Below, in pieces: positions 1 through 9,594 of a stretch of DNA of 64,000 bases. Below the pieces are notes generated by a model. It did not search any database. It worked only from the letters and a program-made list of their open reading frames with translations, and was not told the origin of the DNA. Source of the stretch: a virus (taxonomy: Duplodnaviria; Caudoviricetes); IMG/VR virus record IMGVR_UViG_3300032038_000048, positions 22,360 through 86,359 of that record; one strand, written 5' to 3'. How positions within the stretch are numbered: the stretch's first letter is position 1; the number at the start of each line of letters is the position of its first letter. The translations under genes and the position numbers were made by a program.

Positions 1-3000
1 CTTATTGCCGTTTTCGTCAGTGTAACCAAAGATTTTCTTTCGCAGGTTTTCTATCATTGGTTCGATAAATCCAATTTTCAGGATTTCGCTTACCACACTC
101 TGCATGATGGACTTTGCGGTATCTCCGAAAGCCTTTGCCATATCCTCACCGTTTTCAAACGCGCTGACGAGAGCATCATTTATCTGGTCTGCCCACCCTT
201 TAATGTCTATTGCCCACAACTCCTTTGCAAGATCTTCGGAGAAGAAACGTATCTGGTCGTCAAGTTCGGCTATCTTACTCTTAGTTTCCTCTATGTCTTC
301 GTTGGACTTGTTCTTCATAGACTCCTGTTTATAGAGAATATCCAAATAATCCTGCCTCTCGTTTATCAAATTCTGATATTGTTGAGAGTAGCCGTTTCCC
401 GATGAGTTACGCAAGTAGTAATTCATCATATCTCGCATATCTTTGCTCTGAACCTGTTCGCCAGTCCAAAGGTTTGTTGCGTTCAGTCCTGTATAACCTA
501 GAGCATACGCCCTTCTAAGGTCGCCGCTATCATATCCTAATGTTCTCTCGCGGGATTTCAGGATAAGGGTTGTGTTGGCTTCGATCTTCTGCACATCCTT
601 GCGTAGTTTCTCTATCTCCCTTGCAAGTTGTTTGTCGTGAAGTTGGAATAACCCTGTAGTTAAACCTACTGCCGCTCCTGCCGCCATACCCCAAGGACCA
701 AGGGCGCTTAACGAAGATGCGCCTTGTAATGTGCCACCAAGCAGACCGGCAGCATCGCTCATTGTATTTGCAGCTCCCTCCATACCCATTGATGCAAACA
801 TTTCCGACAACATGCTAAGTCCGCTCTGTAATGTGCTAAAAGCGGTCATAAGGTCTTTTGCTTCATCGGTTAGTTCTACAAGTTGCTTGTTCAACTTTTC
901 GTAATGTTCCGCCTCTTTCTTTGCGTTAGCCTCATCTTCGCTACCCTCTTTGGCGTTCTTTTGTCTTTGTCTTGCTGCTTCCCCACGCGCCTTATAGTAA
1001 TTCATAAGTCCATCATTACCGCCAGCAAGGAACTGACCGAAAGCGCCCCTCTCTCCAAGGAAGCCCGTTGTACTCCACTCCTGACGAGCCTTATTGAGTT
1101 TTTGTTGTTCCTGCACAAATTCATCGGGGCTTATTATGCCTAACTCACGGAGTCTTTTTATTAGTTTTTCAACTGCTTCGGCAGAATTTTCAAATTCTTT
1201 GCGAGACAATGCTATTGCGTTATTATACAAGTTAGCGTAGTCTGCACTCATCTTCATTTTCTGCCAGTCAGCCTGCGTCTGTAGTATATTGTTAGCGTTG
1301 TCAGCCTGCTCTTGTGTAAAGCCGTTTTTACCAACAAGGGCATTATTAGCCTCTTTGTCTTGTCGTAATTTATCGTCTATCTTCTTTATCTCTGCGCTAT
1401 ACGACTTCAACCCTCCGACAACCTTTGCGTAATTTGAAATGTCTGTCTTTAATACGTTTCTTTGTAGGTCGCGCCACTTTTTTAGTGCATCTATAAGACC
1501 TTGCACTTTATCGTGACTTACACCCAATCCGCTTACATACTTCTCTAGTGCTTCATCATCCATATCCATAACCGAAGCAAAGTCTATGTTTGCATCCGAG
1601 AAGGCTTTCGTTAAACTATCGCGTATAGCGTTTGCTGAATTGCGCAAGTCAGGTTCGTTGCCATTCATACCTGCGAGTTGTCCTGCCATAACTTTGTCAC
1701 CAGTACTCTCCCTAACGATGTTATATATCTCCCATCTGCGTATCAGGTCGTCGAGTTGTTTCTTTGTAAACGAGGCAAAGTCCTTCAAGTTCTTCTTTGC
1801 ATCATCGAAGCCAACCTGCGTTATTGCATCTTTCAACTCCTTGATAACATCTAGCATATAACTGTTCTTGTGCCCTTTGGTATTATATAACCCTTCGGCT
1901 TCCGTAAGGAGTCTGCGGAGGCTGGCAGAATACTCTGTTATTCCTTTTTCTGCATCCCATGTAATACCTACCTTTTTTAATATGTCGGCATACTTCTTTT
2001 CAATCTCGGCAAAGGCATCTGCGGGTGAATATTTAAGTTCGTCTTGATATTTCTTGTACCACGAATAAGCATCTTTAACCAGTTTGATTTCTTCACGCAG
2101 TCGCTTTGCTTCCTTGTCTTCGTGAGAGCCCTTACTTCCACTCTTCTTTTTCTTGTCTTTATTGGGGTCTGTTTCGGGATAATTTTCGGCCTTTAGATAC
2201 TTCTCATCCTCCCTCTTAGCATTAAGGCTTTCGTAGAAGGGCATTATTTCGCGTTCAAGAATATTTTGCAGGGTGTTTGCAAAAGAATCGTTTCCTTGCA
2301 CACGCAAGGCAGCAATTCTGTCTTTTATTGTCTTTATTGCACCCTCCATTTGTTTGGCATCCATAATGAACGATGCACTTGCCTTTATGTTAAACTTCAC
2401 CCTAAGCGTCTGCTCTATATGCGATGCTTCAAACTTTAGATACTCTTTCTTTTTCTTTAGATCATCCTGCACAAGTTTTACAAAATCGTGCATGGAGTCT
2501 GTCATTTTTATTTTGGTCTTAACGCTGACATTTGTCTCAAAGATGTCCTTTGCTCGTTTCTGCCAGTCGCTTTTAAGGTCAACCAGGGTCTTACTTGTAT
2601 CAAGACCTTCCTTGAACATTTTCCTCCACGACTCCTTGACAATATCGGGCAGTTTACCACCGAACAGATTTTCTGCCCACGCGATTATGATAGCCGAGTT
2701 TTCTTCAAGTATCTTATTTAATTCATCTCCTGTGGTAGACTCTGTAACCATGCCAGCGGTAAGTGACTGGAATTTCTCTAACGCCATCTTCTTAAACATA
2801 TTCGCTGCTATGTCTGCACCTCCTGAACTCTGCGCTACAACAGAAACGAAATCAAACATTATCTGGTCTATCGTAGCAGGGTCGGAGATTTTTGCCTCTG
2901 AGAAAAACTTCATCATAGCCTCTTGCAGGTAATGTGCCTGCCCGTCGGGGTCATCATTGAAGTAATTAGTAAGCACGCCAATCATTGTCGGGGCAAACTC

Positions 3001-6000
3001 TTCAAAATCTTTGATAAGTTGCTCACGCTGGTCTTTTAGCGATTTTCTAAGAAACTTATTGCTTCTTGTTGCATCGTCGGCGAACTGAACGAACTCTTTG
3101 TTCATATTCTTGCCGAACATCCACCCATCAAGACCATCGATTTTTTTATTTCCACCATCGTCCTTAAAGTACTGCGCGTAAACCCACTCTCTGAACGCAT
3201 CTGCCCTTGAACCGAGATTCAAGCGTTTCTGAATTTCGTCTAGTTCACCACCCAGCTTGCCATTAACATTATCCAGCGTGGAGTCGGTTACTTCCATAAT
3301 GTCAGTACCAAACTGACGGTAACGCTGTGCAAAGTCAGCCATATCTTCTGTAAGATCGTCACTAAACGTACTGCCTATATCTTTTGCTGCATCTGCTATA
3401 ATATTACCTGTTGCAGCCGAAACATCATTGGCATGACGGATGCTCTCAAATTTTTTGATAATAGCCTTGAACTGCTCCACTTGATCCTCCATCTTATAAA
3501 TATCCACCAAGTCACCCTGATAGAATGGAGACATTGCCTGTAGTTTCTCTTGTAACTCCTGGAAAGTATCTAAACTTAGTTCATTGCGTATAGCATCATC
3601 GTCAAAGTCCGTCCTATAGGTTTTGACAAGTCCAGAGCCGGCATACTGTCTTTTATATAACCGCCTATCAAACAGACTGCCTTTTACGCTTTCAATCAGA
3701 TCGTTGGCTTCCTTTTCGTCGTTGTCACCTTCGGTACGCATTTGGTCTGCGATGCGTTCTGCCCTTGAAGCCATTTCTGAATTACGTTGTATAAGATGTG
3801 TGATACCTGCTATAGCGCCCATAAGAAGGGTTACAGGATTGGCGATTGCAGACATCATACCGCCAAACACGCTGCCTATTTTTGCGCCTAAATTACTGAC
3901 GGTATATCCAATACTTCTCAGGCTCCTACCCATGCCTGTCAACTGTGCGTTATATTGTGCCTGTAATTTACTAAGTCCAGCCAGTCTGCCCGCTGCTTCG
4001 CGATATGTCTTCGGTAGGTCTTTATCTACAGACATACTGCGCAAAGCCCGCTTACTTATGTTGCCTTCGCCAAGTGCCTTGTTTGCGGCAGTCATAAACT
4101 GCCTTGTCTCGCGCCAAGATGGAGCAAGCATTGGGTTGCCATATCTGCCAGCAAACCCTTGATCGAAACTACCAAAGAAACCTCCTTTTGCAATCGGCTG
4201 GCGAATGGCATTTTGCGCACGCGCCATATCCTTTAGATTGTTTACAACCACAGCACCCTGCTTTCCTGCCGTAGCGTTCACTGCCAGCATAGCCAGTTTA
4301 AGCATACCAAGGGGAACAAGTATATCTTTGATGATGGTAGCATACTTCTCCCAATTCGCTGTCAGTTCATTCAGAAGTTCCACACCACCCATCAATACAC
4401 CCTTATTATCCTGTCCCATTTCGGACATCATAATGTTGTAGTTATTGCGGAGGTTGCGAAGTTTACCACCAAGAGTATCAAACTGACGCTCCTGCATATT
4501 ATAGAAACGGCCACCAGGCTTATCCAAATCCATGATAACCTTCTCTACATCTTCAAAGGATATATCCTTGTTGCGCATACGCTTAAAGACTTCGCGTCTT
4601 GTTACGGAGGGATCTTGCTGACGATAGTATTTTGCCAGACCGCCAATAAGGTCTACACCTGCTGTCTCAAATTGCCTGTTTTGAATACCAGATAGATAAC
4701 CAAACGAACGAACGTGACCGTATGCAAGAATAAGACGCGACACATCAACCGAAAGGCCGGCACCAATATCCGACAACGCTTTCATTGTACTATACAAATC
4801 TTTCGTCTGTACACCAAACGCAGCCAATTGTCGTGTTGATTTCAGTAAGTCCTGAAATGTGTACGGCGATTGCTGTGAGAGGTCGCGGATAGCACCATAA
4901 AGTTCACCTGCTTTACCTGCGTTGGCGATAATAACCTCCAGTGATTTACGTTGCAGTTCCAGTTCGCCCGTTATCTGCGCCATATTCTTTATGAAAGACT
5001 GCGCCCCCCATACACTAAGGTATTGTGTAGCCATTGTTCGCAAGTCGGAGAGCACCTGAGATTGCTTTTGTGCTTGCGAGTTGGTATTGGCAAAAGCATG
5101 AGCCAACTTCTGCTCTTCTGCTGTCTGCTGTCCTGTGGCAGATGCAGCCCTCATTTTTTCTTCCGCAACCTTTTTCGTCGTTTCGGCTTGTACCCTTGCC
5201 TGTTCTGCTATAGGCTCCGTTCTTGCTTTCTGATAATCTACACCTGACTTAAATGAGGTAATACCATATCCTCCGCTATTTACAATAGCTTCAAGTACTT
5301 TTAGGTATCTTTCCAAGGCTGCAATCTGACTATAAATCTTCGTTGTGTCAACCATTACAGCATCGGCCTTAATAGCGGTTTTTGTAAGACTGGCTATTTG
5401 ACGCAACACAGAAGAATACTCCTTATACGACTCAGCAAGAGAGTTGTCGGGCTTCATTGCTGCCATCATTTCTTTCTTGATTGCAGATGCTGCATCGCTG
5501 ACATTTCTCTTTGCTTGCAGGAAAGCCTCAGATAAAGTGAGGGCTTTTGTGCTCGAAGAGTTGGTTGAGGCTATTTCAGATAGAGCTTGCTGATATTGCC
5601 TTAATTCATTGATAACCGCGCGTAATTGAGTGGTGTCAACACCCACCAAGGCACTCGCCTTGCTTGCAAGGGCTTCTAAGTTTGATATTGTTACAGTCAG
5701 TCTTTCTGCTTCCCTTTCGGCTTGTTTCATGTTTGAAGCCGCGAGAGAAAACTCTTGCGACATATCTTTCAGATTGAATTGTCTGGCTTGTGCGTTAATG
5801 AGAGCAAGCTGCTGTGCAAACTCTTTTACTGCATGAGCATCACCAAAATTACTAAAACCAGACATTAAGCTCTTTAGTCGTTCAAGACTGTCTATGGCTC
5901 CCTTGTGGGCAGACACATCAAGTCCTGCTTTACTTCGTTCGTTAGCAAGGATTTTGATGCGCTCCAACAAAAGCTGTGTCTTTACAAGTGTCAGGTTGTA

Positions 6001-7470
6001 TTGGTGTTCTGCATCCGTTCTAGCATTTATGGCTTTTGTTCGATTTACATCGTCCTTTGCGTCGGGGAAGATTATACGATAATCAGCATCCCTGCGCATT
6101 TCTGCGGGCGACCTATGAGTACCAAGTTCTCCGTTTTTGCTTATAATCTCCTGCAAAATACTCAGATACCTTCGCGCTGATTCAATCGCCTTGTTTAGCT
6201 TTTCATCTTGTTTTACCCCTGCTAATGCGTTTTCGTAGCGATGTAAAGCTTCTTCAAGTTTATGATACATTACGATTGCCTCACGCAGGTTTACTTCGTT
6301 GACCGCCTTTCGTTGCGCTTCTGTCAGTTCTTTAGGGGCAGAACCAATATCGTTTACCTTCTTTGAGAGTTCATCAAATAGTTTTTTTAATCTCTCTACC
6401 TCTTGCTCGTACTGCTTAATCTTTGCAGGGTCGCCAATCTGACTAAGAGCAAGGGAAAGTCGCACCGCAGCCTCCTGTATCTTGTCTGCCGCCACTTTAA
6501 GGTCATTAAAAACACCCGCTTCTTTAGTCAGACTTTGCAGGGCTTTGCTGGTGGCTTCTGCAAGTTGATTTTGCCCACTTGTATTAAGCGTAAGTCCACT
6601 TCCAATAGAGTTAAGTGCTGTGCTTAATTGCTCGCAAGCGGTTTTAAGACCGTTGGTGACGGTTAGCAGATCCTGTACAGCCTTAGCATCTGCCTCTGTT
6701 GCCGCTCTTTTCTGCTCTTGTGCCTGAGCCGACTTCTGAGCCATCTGTGCCGTTTGCCCTTCAATACCAAGGAACTTTTCTATCTGTGCAATTTCTCCCG
6801 AGCGATCAAACGGCGCACCCTTCATTGCTCTTATTTCCTGTAGGCGCTTCCATGCAGATTCCTCTTGTCGTATTTGTTCGATAATCTGCTGTCTTGCGTG
6901 GGAGTTACGAGCCTCTGCTTCCGCTTCTGCACTCATGGCTGTTGCAGCCTTTTGTGTTTCCTGGGTTACGCGCTGTTTGGATGCTGATACTTCATCGGTG
7001 CTCTGCTTTAATGTGTTCATACCAGAGATAGCGGCGCGTATAGTATGCTCATCCATCCCTAATACACGCTCCTGTATGCGCTTTACATCAACGGCACCAT
7101 TAAGTTCTTTTGTAAGACTTTCGTATCTTTTCGGTGCTACATTTTTTGCTGCATCTATCTGCTTTTGGAGTTCAGCAATACGCTCTACTGCGCCTTGCCA
7201 TATTTGTAGTCTGCGCTCAAAAGAAGAACCACCAACCTGAGAGAGTTTTTCGTTCAATTCATCAAACTTACGCATGAGAGGTTCCATTACCTTTCCGTCG
7301 CCAATGGATTTTAGATGCTGGATAAGGTCGTTCACCCCCTCCATTTCTACCTTTATCTTTAGGATGTTACCCATCCTTTTAGACGCATCCTTAAACTCGC
7401 GCTCTATCTCTTTGAGTCTTTTTTCGGCACTCTCAATACCGACCTCAAACATTAAAGTGTCGTTTGCCAT
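1..7470 (-). CDS. Tail tape measure protein (5' part; runs off the left edge, at least 2490 codons)
   Basis: Missing from the ORF track, which fits a stop lying outside the window. ATG at 7470 (MANDTLMFEVGIESAEKRLKEI). The same frame reads as protein at ~4440-5000 (LYGAIRDLSQQSPYTFQDLLKSTRQLAAFG...RQFDTLGGKLRNL, a tape-measure-domain pattern) and at nt 1-60. Helical A/E/K/Q-rich; lies downstream of the tail chaperone genes. Confidence 0.92.
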   Translation of the reverse strand, partial: MANDTLMFEVGIESAEKRLKEIEREFKDASKRMGNILKIKVEMEGVNDLIQHLKSIGDGKVMEPLMRKFDELNEKLSQVGGSSFERRLQIWQGAVERIAELQKQIDAAKNVAPKRYESLTKELNGAVDVKRIQERVLGMDEHTIRAAISGMNTLKQSTDEVSASKQRVTQETQKAATAMSAEAEAEARNSHARQQIIEQIRQEESAWKRLQEIRAMKGAPFDRSGEIAQIEKFLGIEGQTAQMAQKSAQAQEQKRAATEADAKAVQDLLTVTNGLKTACEQLSTALNSIGSGLTLNTSGQNQLAEATSKALQSLTKEAGVFNDLKVAADKIQEAAVRLSLALSQIGDPAKIKQYEQEVERLKKLFDELSKKVNDIGSAPKELTEAQRKAVNEVNLREAIVMYHKLEEALHRYENALAGVKQDEKLNKAIESARRYLSILQEIISKNGELGTHRSPAEMRRDADYRIIFPDAKDDVNRTKAINARTDAEHQYNLTLVKTQLLLERIKILANERSKAGLDVSAHKGAIDSLERLKSLMSGFSNFGDAHAVKEFAQQLALINAQARQFNLKDMSQEFSLAASNMKQAEREAERLTVTISNLEALASKASALVGVDTTQLRAVINELRQYQQALSEIASTNSSSTKALTLSEAFLQAKRNVSDAASAIKKEMMAAMKPDNSLAESYKEYSSVLRQIASLTKTAIKADAVMVDTTKIYSQIAALERYLKVLEAIVNSGGYGITSFKSGVDYQKARTEPIAEQARVQAETTKKVAEEKMRAASATGQQTAEEQKLAHAFANTNSQAQKQSQVLSDLRTMATQYLSVWGAQSFIKNMAQITGELELQRKSLEVIIANAGKAGELYGAIRDLSQQSPYTFQDLLKSTRQLAAFGVQTKDLYSTMKALSDIGAGLSVDVSRLILAYGHVRSFGYLSGIQNRQFETAGVDLIGGLAKYYRQQDPSVTRREVFKRMRNKDISFEDVEKVIMDLDKPGGRFYNMQERQFDTLGGKLRNLRNNYNIMMSEMGQDNKGVLMGGVELLNELTANWEKYATIIKDILVPLGMLKLAMLAVNATAGKQGAVVVNNLKDMARAQNAIRQPIAKGGFFGSFDQGFAGRYGNPMLAPSWRETRQFMTAANKALGEGNISKRALRSMSVDKDLPKTYREAAGRLAGLSKLQAQYNAQLTGMGRSLRSIGYTVSNLGAKIGSVFGGMMSAIANPVTLLMGAIAGITHLIQRNSEMASRAERIADQMRTEGDNDEKEANDLIESVKGSLFDRRLYKRQYAGSGLVKTYRTDFDDDAIRNELSLDTFQELQEKLQAMSPFYQGDLVDIYKMEDQVEQFKAIIKKFESIRHANDVSAATGNIIADAAKDIGSTFSDDLTEDMADFAQRYRQFGTDIMEVTDSTLDNVNGKLGGELDEIQKRLNLGSRADAFREWVYAQYFKDDGGNKKIDGLDGWMFGKNMNKEFVQFADDATRSNKFLRKSLKDQREQLIKDFEEFAPTMIGVLTNYFNDDPDGQAHYLQEAMMKFFSEAKISDPATIDQIMFDFVSVVAQSSGGADIAANMFKKMALEKFQSLTAGMVTESTTGDELNKILEENSAIIIAWAENLFGGKLPDIVKESWRKMFKEGLDTSKTLVDLKSDWQKRAKDIFETNVSVKTKIKMTDSMHDFVKLVQDDLKKKKEYLKFEASHIEQTLRVKFNIKASASFIMDAKQMEGAIKTIKDRIAALRVQGNDSFANTLQNILEREIMPFYESLNAKREDEKYLKAENYPETDPNKDKKKKSGSKGSHEDKEAKRLREEIKLVKDAYSWYKKYQDELKYSPADAFAEIEKKYADILKKVGITWDAEKGITEYSASLRRLLTEAEGLYNTKGHKNSYMLDVIKELKDAITQVGFDDAKKNLKDFASFTKKQLDDLIRRWEIYNIVRESTGDKVMAGQLAGMNGNEPDLRNSANAIRDSLTKAFSDANIDFASVMDMDDEALEKYVSGLGVSHDKVQGLIDALKKWRDLQRNVLKTDISNYAKVVGGLKSYSAEIKKIDDKLRQDKEANNALVGKNGFTQEQADNANNILQTQADWQKMKMSADYANLYNNAIALSRKEFENSAEAVEKLIKRLRELGIISPDEFVQEQQKLNKARQEWSTTGFLGERGAFGQFLAGGNDGLMNYYKARGEAARQRQKNAKEGSEDEANAKKEAEHYEKLNKQLVELTDEAKDLMTAFSTLQSGLSMLSEMFASMGMEGAANTMSDAAGLLGGTLQGASSLSALGPWGMAAGAAVGLTTGLFQLHDKQLAREIEKLRKDVQKIEANTTLILKSRERTLGYDSGDLRRAYALGYTGLNATNLWTGEQVQSKDMRDMMNYYLRNSSGNGYSQQYQNLINERQDYLDILYKQESMKNKSNEDIEETKSKIAELDDQIRFFSEDLAKELWAIDIKGWADQINDALVSAFENGEDMAKAFGDTAKSIMQSVVSEILKIGFIEPMIENLRKKIFGYTDENGNK

Positions 7471-7485
7471 AGTCTGTTATCTGTG

Positions 7486-8055
7486 TTAGTTCTTTCTTTT
7501 AAGCTTCACTAATGATACCGCAGTGTCCTCGGTGTGCTTTAGCATAGCAAAATAGCCCGTTGTGTGTCGCTGAAACTCCACCCACGCCGCATATTCGGAT
7601 GTATATGCCACAACGATAGCGTATTCTGCCTTGACCTTCGGTCTATATCTGGATGCAAAATGCGCAGCGTCAATCTCTCCCCAACTGCCATCGGTGGGCA
7701 CTTCGGGCAGATAAGAAGAGCGGTGGCCCTCCCAGTCGGGTTTAAGGTGTATGCGATACCGTCTCTTTCTACCCTTTGAGTTTAGTGCGCTCATCTCCTT
7801 GCGTATGGCAGGTTTTCGCACAACTGAGTTTGAGAAAAACTCCGCACGCTTATTCCCTTCATAGAGAACAACGACAATGCTGTTTATAAGGTTTCCCGTG
7901 AAGTTGTGTGCATCCTTGGCGCCTCTCCTGTATCGCACCGCTGCATCTATCAGATTTTCACACCAACTGCATAGCCGCTGGTATGTCCTTGGTTTTACGG
8001 TATCTTCGTAGAACCGCTTAAACGCTTCGGATATTACGGTGTTGTTGCCAGTCAT
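7486..8055 (-). CDS. Hypothetical tail/neck-associated protein
   Basis: Track ORF 7486-8082; the 8082 start overlaps a promoter -7 box, so MTGNNTV at 8055 is preferred. Immediately upstream of the tape measure gene. Confidence 0.65.
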   Translation of the reverse strand: MTGNNTVISEAFKRFYEDTVKPRTYQRLCSWCENLIDAAVRYRRGAKDAHNFTGNLINSIVVVLYEGNKRAEFFSNSVVRKPAIRKEMSALNSKGRKRRYRIHLKPDWEGHRSSYLPEVPTDGSWGEIDAAHFASRYRPKVKAEYAIVVAYTSEYAAWVEFQRHTTGYFAMLKHTEDTAVSLVKLKRKN

Positions 8056-8081
8056 TCGTTTTTGTTGTTGTATTGGACGCA

Positions 8082-8112
8082 CAAATATAAAAAATATTTA
8101 CATTTATACAAA
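8082..8112 (-). promoter_or_regulatory. Bacteroidota sigma-A-type promoter, leftward toward the tape measure gene
   Basis: Minus strand TTTG (8109-8112), 19 nt, TATATTTG (8082-8089); matches TTTG-N19-21-TAnnTTTG. Confidence 0.6.
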
Positions 8113-8182
8113 TCATAATGTCAGGAAACAGCACTAAAAGAAAAATGTTTTCTTTCAATGCTGGCAAAGTGTGCATTTTAGG

Positions 8183-8214
8183 TTTGCATTTTTACAGTTA
8201 TTTTTCTATCTTTG
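8183..8214 (+). promoter_or_regulatory. Bacteroidota sigma-A-type promoter for the moron gene
   Basis: TTTG 8183-8186, 20 nt spacer, TATCTTTG 8207-8214. Confidence 0.65.
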
Positions 8215-8235
8215 CGACAATAAACTTATGTGATT

Positions 8236-8577
8236 ATGAAAAACATTCTATTAGCATTATTCCTATGTATTCCACTGTTATGTGGAGCTCAGACAAAAGT
8301 AAAGCAGTATATCCGCGTCTTTATCCCCGATAATGCCACGGGTTCATCTATCTCTGGTGCCGATGCTTACAGTAAGCAGCAATTGGAGCCTATCATGCAA
8401 GGCGAGACAAAACTAAAATTCAAGTCAGATACCGAAGGGATAAATTATCTGGCACTGCACGGATGGGAACTGGTTCCGCTTAATCTCTCCAGTGGCTACC
8501 ATTATTTTGTCAGAGAGGTTGAGTTAACTGATAAAATCATAGTAGAACCGAAAAATTTTGACAAAAAAGAGAAGTAG
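8236..8577 (+). CDS. Secreted/periplasmic small protein (moron, opposite strand to the tail operon)
   Basis: MKNILLALFLCIPLLCGAQ signal-peptide-like N-terminus; own promoter; track start is GTG 8230. Confidence 0.75.
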   Translation: MKNILLALFLCIPLLCGAQTKVKQYIRVFIPDNATGSSISGADAYSKQQLEPIMQGETKLKFKSDTEGINYLALHGWELVPLNLSSGYHYFVREVELTDKIIVEPKNFDKKEK

Positions 8578-8619
8578 TTAACAAAATTCCAAAATGGGCT
8601 ACATTCGCTTTACTATCAT

Positions 8620-8750
8620 CTTGTCACTCACCGACACAAACGCAGAACGCCTCACTACGACGATGTAGGGTATATCCCCCGACCGTCGCTGTGAGGTGTC
8701 GTTTATAATAAGTTGGTGATGCTTCTTGTTATATTGTCGGGGGACTTTTT
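8620..8750 (+). ncRNA. Candidate structured RNA/attenuator with mutually exclusive pairings
   Basis: CCTCACTACGACG pairs with CGTCGCTGTGAGG; CCCCCGAC pairs with GTCGGGGG, which is followed by a T-run. Confidence 0.4.
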
Positions 8751-9043
8751 TATCCTTTGTCAACTCCCTTAAATTCTCCTGTAGACAAAAAGGTGTTCAT
8801 GTCGCACCGCTTCTCTTTCTTTGGTATTATTTTACGCCGTTTGAAGTTCTTCACGAGATTCTTTGCTTCCGATGCACTCATGCCTTTGTAACCTTTCTCT
8901 CCTGGTTTCGTGTGGTTATCATCTTTCTTGTACACGAGTAACGGTTGATCTATTGTTCTTAACTCTACTTGCGCGGCAGTTCTTCCCCATAACCATTCCC
9001 AATCATACACAGTTAAAAGGCCGAAGAAGAAGGATTTGCTCAT
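8750..9043 (-). CDS. C-terminal part of the tail assembly chaperone frameshift product (GT-like)
   Basis: 97-aa ORF in the -1 frame relative to 9046-9582; that frame is open back to the A9 run at 9196-9204. Confidence 0.7.
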   Translation of the reverse strand: MSKSFFFGLLTVYDWEWLWGRTAAQVELRTIDQPLLVYKKDDNHTKPGEKGYKGMSASEAKNLVKNFKRRKIIPKKEKRCDMNTFLSTGEFKGVDKG

Positions 9044-9045
9044 CG

Positions 9046-9582
9046 TCAGGTATTGTCTTGCTTTTCCGTCCCCTCCTGCCGAGCCGTAGCGAGTTCTTGA
9101 AGGATATGTTCTGCTTCTTCCATCCTCATGTTCATCAGAGTAGCCCTTGCCCCTGTCAACGATGTGATAGTCATTAAGAATCCCATGAGCGGAACTTTTT
9201 TTTTACCCTCATCAAGTATTCCCTGCAACTGAATGTTGTCGTATTGACGTATGTAATAAAACCACCTCCAGAGATACCAGTAGCGCAGTTTTAACTTCCA
9301 GTAGCCATCAAGGATGTAGATTGCAGCCGCCTTGCACGCTATTTTCCCGTCAGTTTTAATTGCATCGAGCGGGTTGTCATGCTTACCGTCTTCGTTGTCG
9401 GTCTTACCTTTGCGTATCAACAAGCGCGACAAGCGTTCTATCTGACCGTTTTTCAGCCAGCGTATCTTATACTTCTTCCTTGTCCGTAATATTCGGACGA
9501 CAGTAGGAGTGTTATCCACGATGGATGCGTACTCCCTCTGCGAGCCTACTGAGGGCTGCTCTATTTTCGGTTCTTTTTCCAT
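9046..9582 (-). CDS. Tail assembly chaperone (gpG-like)
   Basis: Located between tail tube and tape measure genes; contains GGT AAA AAA AAA (GKKK) slippery run. Confidence 0.7.
   Translation of the reverse strand: MEKEPKIEQPSVGSQREYASIVDNTPTVVRILRTRKKYKIRWLKNGQIERLSRLLIRKGKTDNEDGKHDNPLDAIKTDGKIACKAAAIYILDGYWKLKLRYWYLWRWFYYIRQYDNIQLQGILDEGKKKVPLMGFLMTITSLTGARATLMNMRMEEAEHILQELATARQEGTEKQDNT
9196..9205 (-). other. Programmed -1 ribosomal frameshift site (T AAA AAA AAA)
   Basis: The -1 frame has TAA at 9205-9203 and is then stop-free from the A-run through 8750. Confidence 0.75.
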
Positions 9583-9594
9583 ATCTTTAACGTG

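Noticed and set aside
104-7489. Many plus-strand ORFs in the track over the tape measure region
   Set aside because: They are antisense shadows of the long minus-strand gene; Ser/Leu/Phe-rich, with no credible starts.
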